From a bacterium (GTDB lineage Bacteria; Desulfobacterota; DSWW01): a DNA stretch of 64,000 nt. Positions within the stretch are counted from its first letter, which is position 1. Each line of letters starts with the position of its first letter. The stretch is from assembly GCA_040756235.1 (NCBI GenBank), contig JBFLZG010000001.1, positions 1-64,000 on the forward strand. Direction: 5' to 3'. Shown here piece after piece: positions 15,921 through 26,125 of this stretch. The notes under the pieces were generated by a model. The model made no database searches. It was not told the DNA's origin and worked only from the letters and a program-made list of their open reading frames with translations. Made by a program: the position numbers and the translations under genes.

Positions 15921-16913
15921 ATGAAGAGCAAGGGAGAGAAGATCATTCCGGACCGCTACATCCCTGAGGTGGATGCGGAGGTCGAGACGCTGGACGGCAA
16001 GCCGTATCTGGTCGCGAACGACGTCATGTACACCTTCTACCGCCGCAGCCGCGGCGAGTTCTCGCCTTTCTTCCTCGCCCTGCGGGACGACAAGCGGCTC
16101 CTCGGCTGCAAGTGCAGCCGTTGCGGCCTGGTGCGGGTGCCCCCTTTCCTGACCCACTGCCCGGACTGCAACTTCGCCCCCACGGAGACCGTCGAGGTCG
16201 GGCAGGTGGGTGTCATGAACAGCACGCCGCCCATCACCTACTTCGCCACCTCCCTGTTCCAGGACATGGCGCCCTACGGCCGGGGCCGGGTCATCTTCGA
16301 GGGCGCGCACACCGCCATGAGCGTCAACCTGTACACCACCTCGGGGATCCTGGTGCCCGGGATCTTCAACAAGGGGACCGAGGTGAAGCTGGTCTTCCGG
16401 GACCGGCGCGTGGGGGAAGTGAAGGACGTCTTCTGCGTGCCCACTTCCGAGCTCACCAGGGACCAGGTCCGCAAGGAGGGGCTGCAGGAATCCGAGATCG
16501 ACTGGGAGACGCCGAGCGAGCCGATGCTTGCGGCCGCGAGCGCGACCGACAAGCGAGCTTATGAGGAGATCCTGAAGGAGATCCGGACCGTGGTGGAGGA
16601 GATGAACGACAACCCGAGGGCCCGCAAGGACATCGCCGGGTGGAAGCGGACCATCCTGGTGAAGACCCGGGGCGGCTGGTTCGGCCTGTTCATCCGCGAC
16701 GGCGACATCCGGGTGGGCAAGGCGCCCGTGTCTCCCGACTTCGTCATGGTCTGTGAGGACCCGCGGACGCTGCTCGACGGGCTGGCCTACAGGGGAGCGA
16801 TCACGGATTCCGTCATCAACAAGAAGCTTTGGATCAGCAAGAACATGGAGTTCAACACGGTGTTCAAGCTCGACCGCATGGCGCGCTCGGTGGCGAGGTC
16901 CAAGAAGGGATAA
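15921..16913 (+). CDS. DUF35 (Zn-ribbon + OB-fold) protein fused to a C-terminal SCP2-like domain
   Basis: LLGCKCSRCG...PP...CPDC, APY, VKLVF. The C-terminal ...LFIRDGDIRVGKAPVSPDFVMV...KLWIS resembles SCP2. Confidence 0.75.
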   Translation: MKSKGEKIIPDRYIPEVDAEVETLDGKPYLVANDVMYTFYRRSRGEFSPFFLALRDDKRLLGCKCSRCGLVRVPPFLTHCPDCNFAPTETVEVGQVGVMNSTPPITYFATSLFQDMAPYGRGRVIFEGAHTAMSVNLYTTSGILVPGIFNKGTEVKLVFRDRRVGEVKDVFCVPTSELTRDQVRKEGLQESEIDWETPSEPMLAAASATDKRAYEEILKEIRTVVEEMNDNPRARKDIAGWKRTILVKTRGGWFGLFIRDGDIRVGKAPVSPDFVMVCEDPRTLLDGLAYRGAITDSVINKKLWISKNMEFNTVFKLDRMARSVARSKKG

Positions 16914-16960
16914 GGGGGCTCGAGTCGTGTGCCGCGCGCGTCCAGGCACTTGGGGGGGAC

Positions 16961-18616
16961 ATGAACCATAACAGACGGAGGGTCGTCGGCGTGTTGGGTC
17001 TCCTGCTCAGCCTTGGGCTTCTGCCTCCGGCAGAGGCCGTGGACATCGACAAGGCGGGGACGCTGACGGTTTCGGCCAAGGCGCAGACCCGGCTGTCCGT
17101 CCGGCTCGAGGATGCCGAAGGGTTCACCAACCCGGACGTCTCGCTGGGAGACATCGTGCAGCACCGGAACCTGGTCCTGCTGGAGGTCAATCACGACCTG
17201 AACAAGCTTCGGGGGGAGCTGGACCTGCTCTATCCGTTTCGGGCGCTGGACATCGACGTGAAGTACCGCTTGCTGGGCCGCTTCCTGTACGAAGGGATTT
17301 ACGATTACGGGCCCGAGATCTTCCGGGACGTGGCCGACAGGGACCCGGACAACATCGACTCGTTCAAACAGAGCTACGATCTGTGGGAAGCCTACGTGGA
17401 TTTTTCCCGGGGTCCGGTCTTCCTGCGAGTGGGCAGGCAGATTGCAGCCTGGGGCGAGACCGACATCTTCCGGCTCCTCGACTACATCAACCCCCTGGAC
17501 AACACCTTCGGGGGCCCCTTCGAGGACCTCGACGACCGGCGCATCCCTCTGTGGATGCTGCTCGGGAACTGCAGCCTGGGCTCGCTCGGACCCGTCTCCT
17601 CGCTCACGGTGGAGGGATTCTGGGTGCCGGGTCCCTGGGATGCGCGCGTGGCGCCGTGGGCGCCGGACGGGACTCCGTACGAGGTGCCGCTGGCGGACAC
17701 GATCTCCAAAAAGCTGATCGTGCACACGCCGGAAAGGGAGATGTCGAACAGCCGCTGGGGCGTCCGGCTGCAGGGCCTGGTCGCGAATCAGCTCAACATG
17801 TCGATCGGTCATTTTCAGACCTTCCTGGACCTGCCCGCGGTGCGCACCGCGGTCACGACCGATTCCCCCGTGCTCCTGGACCTGAACGACGTGTATCTCG
17901 AAGGGCTCTTCCCCTCGGTCCAGATCTCCGGCGGGAGCGCGAGCTACTTCGAGCCCCACGTCAACGCGGTCTTCCGTGGGGAGGTCGCCTGGTTCTGGGA
18001 CGAGCCGGTGCTCATCCTGGAGAAGAACCTGGACCTGCTGTTCGGGCCGAACGTTCCCCTTCCGCAGTCGCTCATCGACTCGGTCGGGGACCTGTACGAT
18101 CTCAACCTGACCGGGCTGGGGCTCACGGGCCTGCCCCTGAACCCTCACACGGCATCGGTTCCGAAGAAGGACATCCTGCGCTACATGATCGGCCTGGACA
18201 AGCAGGTGTGGGTCAGGCCGCTCAACGCGACGACCATGTTCTTCGTCTCTCTGCAGTATTTCGGGCAGTGGGTGCCGGACTACGACAAGCGCATGCGCCA
18301 GCCCCTGAACCTCTATCCCGAGGACGGGAACACGGCGAAGCTCTACGGCATCCTGGACTTCGCCGCGGTGCGCGAGACGGAGCACGTCTTCACGGCGATC
18401 ATCAACACCGCTTATCGCAAGGGGACCGTCACGCCCCAGGTGGCGGTGGCCTACGACGTGCGCGGCACGTGGCTGGTCCAGCCGTCGGTCAACATCATCC
18501 GGGAACCGTTCCGGTTCATGGTCCAGTACAGCGCCATCGAGGGCCAGTTCACCAATTTCGGCGCTTTTCGCGATCGCGACCAGATCTCGTTCATCTTGAG
18601 CTATCTGCTGAATTGA
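16961..18616 (+). CDS. DUF1302-like outer-membrane beta-barrel protein
   Basis: Signal peptide, LWEAYVD, LRVGRQIAAWGETD.FRLLD.INPLD, C-terminal RDRDQISFILSY. Confidence 0.75.
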   Translation: MNHNRRRVVGVLGLLLSLGLLPPAEAVDIDKAGTLTVSAKAQTRLSVRLEDAEGFTNPDVSLGDIVQHRNLVLLEVNHDLNKLRGELDLLYPFRALDIDVKYRLLGRFLYEGIYDYGPEIFRDVADRDPDNIDSFKQSYDLWEAYVDFSRGPVFLRVGRQIAAWGETDIFRLLDYINPLDNTFGGPFEDLDDRRIPLWMLLGNCSLGSLGPVSSLTVEGFWVPGPWDARVAPWAPDGTPYEVPLADTISKKLIVHTPEREMSNSRWGVRLQGLVANQLNMSIGHFQTFLDLPAVRTAVTTDSPVLLDLNDVYLEGLFPSVQISGGSASYFEPHVNAVFRGEVAWFWDEPVLILEKNLDLLFGPNVPLPQSLIDSVGDLYDLNLTGLGLTGLPLNPHTASVPKKDILRYMIGLDKQVWVRPLNATTMFFVSLQYFGQWVPDYDKRMRQPLNLYPEDGNTAKLYGILDFAAVRETEHVFTAIINTAYRKGTVTPQVAVAYDVRGTWLVQPSVNIIREPFRFMVQYSAIEGQFTNFGAFRDRDQISFILSYLLN

Positions 18617-18667
18617 AGGGTCGAATCAACGGCAACAACCATGCCTCAATCACAAGGAGGAGTTCCC

Positions 18668-21175
18668 ATGGCGGCAACACCGGCGGTGGACAAGGAGATC
18701 GAGGAGCTGCAGGCCAAGCAGGAGTGGTGGTGGGTGGCGGAGAAGAAGCGTTCCAAGAGGCTGGACTACCTGAGAAAGGCGGTCTGGAAAAAGGGCGCGA
18801 TCGGCGGCCTCTACAACCCGGGAGTCAAGGTCGACATGGAGTCGGCCGTGCTCTTCACCGAAAAATGGTTCTCGAAGGAGGCGAAGCACGACCAGCGGAT
18901 CTTGCGCCGCGCCAAGGCCCTGGCCCACGTCCTCGATAACGTGAGCATCTTCATCACCGACAACGCCCAGCTGGTGGGCTACGTGGGGAGCGCTCCCCAC
19001 ACCATCATGTGGCGGGTGGACGGGTCGGGCATGCTGAACGAGGAGGTCTACAACGAGCCGGGGGTGCACGAGGAGCCCGAAGAGGAGTCCCTGAGGAAGG
19101 CGGCCGAGATCTGCAGCATATGGGCCGGCGAGACTTCCGTGGATCAGCTCGCCCGGGTCCTGGACCCCGAAGACGCGGTCAAGTTCATGAGCGGCGCGAT
19201 CGGCTGGGGGATCCCCAGCTCGGCCGTCGGCTACTCGACCAAGGACTACGAGTACATCATGACCGGCAAGAGGGGCTTCGAAGACGTCATCCGGGAGATC
19301 GACGCGCACCTGGAGCAGGCCGAGGAGAAGACCATCGGTGTGCCCGGTCCGGACATCCTTCCGCTCTACAAGAAGATGCAGAACTGGGACGCGATGAAGC
19401 TCGTCCTCGAAGCGTCCATCCGGTTCGCCCGCAGGTACGCGCGGCTCGCGCGCACCGTGGCCGAGAGCTTCGAGAGCAACCCCAAGCGCAGGGAGGAGCT
19501 GCTCCGCGTAGCGGAGACCTGCGAGCGGGTCCCGGCCAAGCCGCCGCGCAACCTCCAGGAGTCCCTGCAGCTGGATCACTTCATCCAGGTGATTACTCGT
19601 TTCGAGGCCCATGAGGGCGCGTGGCCGGCACGGCCCGACTACTACCACGGCCCTTACTACGACAAAGACGTGAACGTCGAGAAGAGGTTGACGAGCGAGC
19701 AGGCGCTGGACCTGGTGGGCGAGTTTCTCATCCGTGCCTACGAGGTGGGCCTGTTCCTGCCGCGCTGGGCCAGAGAGGGGCTTCAGGGGATCACCGGCAC
19801 CTGGGTGTGGACGATCGGGGGAGTGAAACCGGACGGAACGGACGCCTGCAACGACATGACGATCGCGCTCCTGGAGGCGGCTCGTCTGGTGCGCGTGTCG
19901 AACCCGACCTTCGGCTTCCGCTGGCACCCGAAGGTAAAGGACGGGGTGATGCGGGAAGTCTTCGAGTGCATCCGTCACGGGCTGGGATACCCTTCCATCC
20001 GTAACGACCCGGTGCTGGTCGCGAACGCGATGCACTGGCACGGCCACCCGCTGGAAGAGGCGAGGCTCTGGGTGCATCAGGCCTGCATGTCCCCGTGCCC
20101 GCCGACCAAGCACGGCGTGCAGCCGTTCCGCATGGCCTCGGCCACGGCCAACTGCGCGAAGATCGTCGAGTACGCTCTGCACAACGGCTACGACCACGTG
20201 GTCAACATGCAGATGGGGCCCAAGAGCGGGGACGCGCGCAAATTCACCGATTTCGAGCAGCTCTACCAGGCGTGGACCCAGCAGATGGAGTGGCTTTTCA
20301 GCCTCCTCGTGCGGGCCGTGAACTTCGGGCGCTACCTGGACCCCGAGATCTACGGCCGGCCGTTCCTGTCTTCGATCTCGGAACGCTCGGTGGAATCCGG
20401 CCTGGACATCGTCAGCCCCGAGGGGGAGCGGGGGAACTGCTGGATCACGGCGTTCAGCTGGGTGGAGAACGCGGACGCCCTGGCGGCGGTGAAAAAGCTC
20501 GTGTTCGATGAGAAGAAGTACACGATGGACCAGCTCGTCACGGCCCTGGAGAAGAACTGGGAAGGGTTCGAGCAGATGCGCCTGGACTTCGTGAAGAGGG
20601 CGCCGAAGTGGGGCAACGACGAAGACTACGTGGACGAGGTCATGCTGCGGTGCCTGAGGGAGTGCGCCCGGTTCTCCAAGGTGATCAAGTGCCCGAGCGG
20701 GAACAACTGGCCGATCCTGCCGGAGAACGTGAGCGGCAACATCCACTACGCCAACATCGTGGGTGCGCTGCCGAACGGCCGCAGGCGCGGCGATGCGCTC
20801 TACGACGGCGGCATCTCCCCCGGGCCCGGGCTGGACAAGAAGGGGCCGACCGCGGTGCTCAAGTCGTGCGGCAAGATCGATCACGTGGCGGACGGCCGGG
20901 CGTTTCTGCTCAATCAGCGGCTCTCCCCCACGCAGCTCCAGGGAGAGAAGGGCTACCAGCTCTGGAAAGCCTACATCAAGACTTGGGCGGAGCTGGGGCT
21001 CGATCACGTGCAGTTCAACATGGTTTCGGACAAGACCCTGCGGGCGGCCCAGAAGGACCCGGAGAAGTACCAGGAGGTGATCGTGCGGGTGGCCGGCTAC
21101 AGCGCGCACTTCGTGGACATCAGCCGGAAGACCCAGGACAACATCATTCAGAGAACGGTCCAGGGCATCGGGTAG
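18668..21175 (+). CDS. assA: Alkylsuccinate synthase alpha subunit, copy 2 (stand-alone)
   Basis: WVHQACMSPCP and RVAGYSAHF intact; AAGGAGGAG RBS before ATG 18668; no adjacent small-subunit genes. Confidence 0.93.
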   Translation: MAATPAVDKEIEELQAKQEWWWVAEKKRSKRLDYLRKAVWKKGAIGGLYNPGVKVDMESAVLFTEKWFSKEAKHDQRILRRAKALAHVLDNVSIFITDNAQLVGYVGSAPHTIMWRVDGSGMLNEEVYNEPGVHEEPEEESLRKAAEICSIWAGETSVDQLARVLDPEDAVKFMSGAIGWGIPSSAVGYSTKDYEYIMTGKRGFEDVIREIDAHLEQAEEKTIGVPGPDILPLYKKMQNWDAMKLVLEASIRFARRYARLARTVAESFESNPKRREELLRVAETCERVPAKPPRNLQESLQLDHFIQVITRFEAHEGAWPARPDYYHGPYYDKDVNVEKRLTSEQALDLVGEFLIRAYEVGLFLPRWAREGLQGITGTWVWTIGGVKPDGTDACNDMTIALLEAARLVRVSNPTFGFRWHPKVKDGVMREVFECIRHGLGYPSIRNDPVLVANAMHWHGHPLEEARLWVHQACMSPCPPTKHGVQPFRMASATANCAKIVEYALHNGYDHVVNMQMGPKSGDARKFTDFEQLYQAWTQQMEWLFSLLVRAVNFGRYLDPEIYGRPFLSSISERSVESGLDIVSPEGERGNCWITAFSWVENADALAAVKKLVFDEKKYTMDQLVTALEKNWEGFEQMRLDFVKRAPKWGNDEDYVDEVMLRCLRECARFSKVIKCPSGNNWPILPENVSGNIHYANIVGALPNGRRRGDALYDGGISPGPGLDKKGPTAVLKSCGKIDHVADGRAFLLNQRLSPTQLQGEKGYQLWKAYIKTWAELGLDHVQFNMVSDKTLRAAQKDPEKYQEVIVRVAGYSAHFVDISRKTQDNIIQRTVQGIG

Positions 21176-21340
21176 GAGGCTGTCCATAAACGCCCATCTG
21201 CTGCGTTGCACTCATGCGGCGTGGAGGTCCTGGGACAGCCTGCCCCGGCGAAAGCCGGGGTCACTGCGGCGTACTTCCTGGTACGCCGCATTCCTCGGGA
21301 TCTCGTGCGCCTTGCATCTGGGCATTTCTGAACAGCCTCC
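21175..21340 (+). mobile_element. MITE-like element, family A, copy 3
   Basis: GGAGGCTGTCCATAAA...GCGCCTTGCATCTGGGCATTTCTGAACAGCCTCC; starts at the G of the assA TAG stop. Confidence 0.72.
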
Positions 21341-21539
21341 AGGAGCCGAATTTTTGGACAGGGCTCCTGATGCCTGATCCCAGGGAATCCTTGCACCAGC
21401 ACAAGGCTGGGTGGGGCGGAGAGTGTGTGGGAGCTGGGGAGTCCTCGCAAAAAGGGCTCCCCAGCTTTGTTCTCGGGGCGACGGAGCCGCGCTCTTTTCT
21501 CGTAACCCGGGCGAACCCCGGATCAGGTCCGGGCAGGGT

Positions 21540-21620
21540 GTAGGGGCGAATGATGATTCGCCCCTATCGGATGCCGGGCTCCCGAGCACCCGGGAAGGGC
21601 GACGCATGCGTCGCCCCTAC
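21540..21620. repeat. Inverted pair of GTAG REPs (REPIN-like)
   Basis: GTAGGGGCGAATGATGATTCGCCCC (from 21540) facing GGGCGACGCATGCGTCGCCCCTAC (21597-21620). Confidence 0.75.
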
Positions 21621-21769
21621 AGGCTTCGCGAAGGGCGCAGCAGACTGGCGGAACGACCGCAATAGACACGCTGCACTTTTTTGTTTGCCGCAGGGAGCTT
21701 CTGTGCTATCTATGGGGACAGCCGTTCCGCTGAAGGACGGAAAGAAGAGGCCCCGCGGAGGGCGCAGCA

Positions 21770-23647
21770 ATGGCAATGGACCGCCTGACTGAGGAACCAC
21801 CCGAACCGATCGCGGCCCGAAACATCGGGCTCGAGATCATCCTGCCCAGAAGCGGCTTCTCCGAGCTCGAGGATCTCGCGATGAACCTGGAGAGGAGGAG
21901 CCGTTTTTACGAGAAGCTGATCCGGAGCCTGCCCGGGGTCTTTTACCTGTTCGACGACCACTTGCGCTTTCTGAGCTGGAACAAGAACCTGGAAACGGTG
22001 ACCGGGTACACGAAAGCGGAGCTTTCCGCCAAGAAGGTGCCGGACCTGTTCGCGGGCGACAGCCGGATGACGATCGAAAAGGCCATCCGCGCCGGTTTCA
22101 AGGATGGCGAGACGGTCGTGGAGGCCGAGTTCACCACCAAGGACGGCAGGAGTGTCCCCTTCTTCTTCACGGGCGTGAGCACCACGATCGACGAGACGTC
22201 CTACGTGGTCGGGATGGGGACGGACCTGACGGAGCTCAAGCTCGCCGAGAACAGCCTGCGCGAGAGCGAGGAGCTGTACCGGACCCTGGCCGAACGCATG
22301 ACCGTCGGCGTGCTCCTGTACCACAGCTCCTCCATCGTGTTCGGGAACCAGGCATTTGCCTCCATGTTCGGGTTCAAGGACGTGCAGGATCTGCTCCGCA
22401 AGGACATGAAGAACATCGCCTCCGGCGGCTTTCAGAAAACGCTCAACGAGCTGCTGGTCACGCTCGAGAGCGGGGGTTCCAAGGAGAGCTCTTTCGAGAC
22501 CTGCTGGATCACGCTGACCGGGCGGGAAGTCTGGATCGACGGCCGCGCCACGCTCACCAGGTGGAAGAACGTTCCCACGGTTCTGCTGACGGCGCGGGAC
22601 ATCACCGAGGCGAAGCTCAGGGAAAAGCGCATGGCCGAGGAAGCGGAACACCTGCGCAGAGAGAACGTACACCTGCGCTCCTCCATCAAGGACCGCTACC
22701 GCATGGGCGAGATCATCGGCAAGAGCCCGGCGATGCAGGAGGTCTACGAGCTCGTCGTGAGCGCCTCTTCCACCGACGCGAACGTGATCCTCTACGGCGA
22801 GTCGGGCACGGGCAAGGAGCTCGTCGCCAGGGCCATCCACCGGATGGGCCGCAGGTCCCAGAAGCCCTTCGTGCCGGTGAACTGCGCCGCGGTCCCGGAG
22901 AACCTGCTCGAGAGCGAGTTCTTCGGCTACAAGAAGGGGGCCTTCACGCATGCGCAGTCCGAGAAGCCGGGGTACCTGGACATGGCCCACGGCGGCACGC
23001 TGTTCCTGGACGAAGTGGGGGACCTGAGCCTCAGCCTGCAGGCCAAGCTGCTGCGCGCCATCGAAGGGGGCGGGTACCTGCCCGTCGGCGGGACGGCCAT
23101 GAAGTATTCGGATTTCCGGGTGATCGCGGCGACGAACCGGAATCTGCTGGAACGAGTCAAGAAAGGAGATCTGCGGGAGGACTTCTTCTACCGGATCCAT
23201 GTGATCCCGATCGAGCTGCCGCCGCTCAAGCACCGCAAGGAGGACATCGCCCTCCTGCTGGAGCACTTCCTCAAGATGTACGCGGATGGAAAGAAGATCC
23301 CGTCCATGCCGGGCCATGTGATCGAGGCCTTTCTCCGTTACGACTGGCCGGGGAACGTGCGGGAGCTGCAGAACGCGGTCCAGCGCTACCTCGCGGTGAA
23401 GCGCCTGGAGTTCACTCCTTCATCCATCCTGGAGCCCCGCTGCACCTGGGAAGACTCGAGAGCGCGGGCGGAGCGCAGCCCCGGCCCCCACGAGGCCAAG
23501 CTCGTGCAGAAGGTCGAGAGCGCGGAGAAGGACGCGATCCAGCGCGCCCTGGACCTCTGTCAGGGCAAGAAGGGCATGGCCGCAAGAGCACTGGGGGTTT
23601 CCCGCAAGACGCTCTTCAGAAAGATGAAGCGCCTCGAAATCTCCTGA
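21770..23647 (+). CDS. sigma54-dependent transcriptional activator (PAS-PAS-AAA+-HTH)
   Basis: GESGTGKE, ESEFFG.KKGAFTHA, LFLDEVG, WPGNVREL, C-terminal HTH AARALGVSRKTLFRK; two PAS-like repeats. Confidence 0.93.
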   Translation: MAMDRLTEEPPEPIAARNIGLEIILPRSGFSELEDLAMNLERRSRFYEKLIRSLPGVFYLFDDHLRFLSWNKNLETVTGYTKAELSAKKVPDLFAGDSRMTIEKAIRAGFKDGETVVEAEFTTKDGRSVPFFFTGVSTTIDETSYVVGMGTDLTELKLAENSLRESEELYRTLAERMTVGVLLYHSSSIVFGNQAFASMFGFKDVQDLLRKDMKNIASGGFQKTLNELLVTLESGGSKESSFETCWITLTGREVWIDGRATLTRWKNVPTVLLTARDITEAKLREKRMAEEAEHLRRENVHLRSSIKDRYRMGEIIGKSPAMQEVYELVVSASSTDANVILYGESGTGKELVARAIHRMGRRSQKPFVPVNCAAVPENLLESEFFGYKKGAFTHAQSEKPGYLDMAHGGTLFLDEVGDLSLSLQAKLLRAIEGGGYLPVGGTAMKYSDFRVIAATNRNLLERVKKGDLREDFFYRIHVIPIELPPLKHRKEDIALLLEHFLKMYADGKKIPSMPGHVIEAFLRYDWPGNVRELQNAVQRYLAVKRLEFTPSSILEPRCTWEDSRARAERSPGPHEAKLVQKVESAEKDAIQRALDLCQGKKGMAARALGVSRKTLFRKMKRLEIS

Positions 23648-23660
23648 GGCCCCGCTGGGC

Positions 23661-23777
23661 TGGTCCATCCATGCCACACCGGAGCGGCTCTTGAGCCTTT
23701 TCTGACCCGCCGTTTTCCCTCCGCAAAAACAGTCGGTTAGGATTGCACCCGGCCAGGGCTGGGGCAGATCTGTCCCA
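23661..23777. promoter_or_regulatory. Three putative upstream activator sites (23661-23678, 23692-23709, 23760-23777)
   Basis: TGGTCCATCCATGCCACA, TGAGCCTTTTCTGACCCG and the near-perfect palindrome TGGGGCAGATCTGTCCCA. Confidence 0.6.
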
Positions 23778-23861
23778 GAGCGCTCGCGCCGCTCTCCGAA
23801 CGCTCCGGCTGAGCAAGCCTTTTCCCGAACATAAACGGTCTGTTAGCGCCTCCGCGCCTGC

Positions 23862-23876
23862 TGGCACCCTTCTTGC
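23862..23876 (+). promoter_or_regulatory. sigma54 (-24/-12) promoter of the vWA/accessory operon
   Basis: TGGCAC-CCTTC-TTGC, exact consensus. Confidence 0.82.
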
Positions 23877-23886
23877 CATGTCTCTT

Positions 23887-24011
23887 GCAGGGGCGACGCA
23901 GGCGCCGCCCTTTGGGTCCCGGCCCCTCGCACTGGCCTCTCTCCCTGCGAGAGGGTGTCGATTTCACACCTTCTCCCCTCGCCGAGGGGAGAAGGTCGGG
24001 ATGAGGGGTGA
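23887..24011. repeat. Degenerate REP plus CCTTCTCCCCTC/GAGGGGAGAAGG palindromic repeat
   Basis: Reverse-complement relative of the 10163-10206 repeat, preceded by GCAGGGGCGACGCAGGCGCCGCCC. Confidence 0.6.
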
Positions 24012-24052
24012 CAGGCTGTCTCGATAACTGACGCGTTTGCATCAGGCTGCCC

Positions 24053-25720
24053 ATGGCGGGAATTTCCGACTACTGGCGGAAGAACACCTCGGCTTGCGAG
24101 CCGGTCGAGCTGGCCAATCTCCTGCGCGGCATCCGCAAGGTGGCGGGACACCTCGGGCCGAACGTGGCCAGGATCGAATATGCGGGCATGTCCCGGGGCG
24201 CAGCAGAGGCGGCCATCGTGCTCGACCCGGATCTGGTCATGGGCCGCTACCCGGTGCCGCCGGAAAAGGTGGACTACCTGGTGGGGCTCGTCGTCCACGA
24301 GGCTCTCCACGGGATCGAGTGGAGCGACCGGGTCTGGAAGCTCCTGGAGCCCGCTTTCCGGGAGCTGGGCGGCCTCTCTCTGGTGCGGCTGCAGAAGATC
24401 GTGAAGACCGGCGAGGACATCTACGTCGACTCCGTGGCAGAGCCCTCGGTCTTCGGGCTCTACACTCCCAAGGCGCGGGAGCGGGCCTTTCAGGACGCCG
24501 AGTCGAGGCTCGGGTCCGAGCCCGGCGCACCCTCGATCGAGGCGCTGCTGCTTCTCTGGTGGGCCCGGGCCTGGGGGAGGGAGCCGGGGTGGGAGGTGCC
24601 CGAGGCCTGCCGCGAACCGCTGCGTGTGTTGGGCCGCCTGGAGGCCGGGTTGAAGCAGGTGGCCGGGATGAACGGGGGTGTGGCGGCACGCTGCCGCAGG
24701 CGCGCGGACCTCTACCTCGAATCCTGGGAGGCGGTCCGAGGTCCGCTCGCGTCATGGGCGGTCCGGGACAAGCTCCTCCACTGGGTCCCCTCGTTCATGA
24801 ACATCGAGGGGAACAAGGCCGAACGCCACAGCGCGGACGCAGGAGACGGCAAGAAGGCCTTCTCGGGCCACCTCCTGACGCAGATCGAAATGCAGCTCGC
24901 CCTGGGCTCGGCCGACATCACGCCCATCATCCGCTCCCTGGTGGGAGACGAGAACGAGGAAGTCGTCCCCACCTCCCGCTGGGACTTCAACATGTCGGCC
25001 TGCCCGGTGATCGACCGCCGGGTGGTCACGCGGCTGAAATCCGCTTTCGAGAGCTATTCGGCGCGCAGGACCGCGGTCAGCCGCGGTCTGTTGAGCGGCA
25101 AGGTCGACGCGCGGCGTCTGCACAGGGCCCCTCTCTCCGGCCGCTGCTTCCTGCAGGTGGACCGGTTTCCGGACCTGGACTGGAACGTCGCGCTCCTCAT
25201 GGACGCCAGCGGCTCCATGCGCGGGACCAAGTGGAGAATGGTGGAGAACACGGTCGCCAATCTGCACAAGGCCCTGGCGACCTTCCGCAGCCACTTGCGG
25301 GCGTACGCCTATTTCGAGATGGACGGGGTCTGCATGATCTCCCAGCTGCTCAAGGGCGGCCGGCTCCTGTCGGTGCCTCCGTGCGGCCAGACCGCCTCGG
25401 GCCAGGCGATCCTCGCGGCCGCCTACTTCATGCCCAAGGGGCAGAAGCGGAACCTGCTGGTGCACGTCACCGACGGGGAGTCCAACCTGGGCTGCGACGT
25501 GCGCTACGGCATCGAGTATTGCCGGCGCCAGGGCATTCAGCTCGTCACCCTGGGGTGCGGCTGCAAGGACCGCCAGGCCATGGTGAGCCAGTACGGCAGG
25601 TCGCTGCAGTTTCTCGATCACTACGGGCAGCTCCCGCGGGCGGTCGAACGGCTGCTCAAGTTCGCCTTCCTCTACGGGGGACGATTCGGCTCGCTCGTGG
25701 ATCGCGGGCTGCGATTGTGA
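24053..25720 (+). CDS. assF: vWA-domain protein, BssF/AssF-like
   Basis: SGKVDARRL, MIDAS DASGSM, T.SGQAI, HVTDGESN; paralog at 34669. Confidence 0.78.
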   Translation: MAGISDYWRKNTSACEPVELANLLRGIRKVAGHLGPNVARIEYAGMSRGAAEAAIVLDPDLVMGRYPVPPEKVDYLVGLVVHEALHGIEWSDRVWKLLEPAFRELGGLSLVRLQKIVKTGEDIYVDSVAEPSVFGLYTPKARERAFQDAESRLGSEPGAPSIEALLLLWWARAWGREPGWEVPEACREPLRVLGRLEAGLKQVAGMNGGVAARCRRRADLYLESWEAVRGPLASWAVRDKLLHWVPSFMNIEGNKAERHSADAGDGKKAFSGHLLTQIEMQLALGSADITPIIRSLVGDENEEVVPTSRWDFNMSACPVIDRRVVTRLKSAFESYSARRTAVSRGLLSGKVDARRLHRAPLSGRCFLQVDRFPDLDWNVALLMDASGSMRGTKWRMVENTVANLHKALATFRSHLRAYAYFEMDGVCMISQLLKGGRLLSVPPCGQTASGQAILAAAYFMPKGQKRNLLVHVTDGESNLGCDVRYGIEYCRRQGIQLVTLGCGCKDRQAMVSQYGRSLQFLDHYGQLPRAVERLLKFAFLYGGRFGSLVDRGLRL

Positions 25721-25761
25721 GGGGCAAGATGGAAGCGAAATTAAGAACGCAAGCACCCGGC

Positions 25762-26102
25762 AGGGTGGACAGAGCCGCAGGCGTGTCCACCCAACGGCTG
25801 AGACTGAGCGCGATGGGTGCCCCGCCTCGATCGTCTCGGGCTCAGAACGCTCCGGCCCGTCTCCTCCCATGGGTCGGAGACTGCAGCCCTCCGGGCGGAT
25901 CGCCCGTTTCGTCCCTCGCTCCGGGCCGGGTGTTCTCGGGACGCACGCGCCTGACGCATCTGGTATTCGAGAAACAGCGCTGCGTTCCACCGGCCTGTCG
26001 GAGCTCGGGACGGCCTCCGCGACTCGCCCTCGCCTCCTCGCGCGGGACACCCACCGCACTCATGGCAGCACCCTAGGGTGGACAAAGCGCAGCGTGTCCA
26101 CC
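25762..26102. repeat. Two AGGGTGGACA...TGTCCACC REP-like hairpins (25762-25792, 26074-26102) bracketing repeat family B copy 1
   Basis: AGGGTGGACAGAGCCGCAGGCGTGTCCACCC and TAGGGTGGACAAAGCGCAGCGTGTCCACC. Confidence 0.6.
25805..26062. repeat. ~255-bp dispersed repeat, family B, copy 1
   Basis: Shares CCTCGATCGTCTCGGGCTCAGAA, GGGTCGGAGAC and CGCTGCGTTCCACCGGCCT blocks with 32699 and 34181; imperfect inverted termini. Confidence 0.8.
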
Positions 26103-26125
26103 AAACACCGCTAATGGGAGCGATC

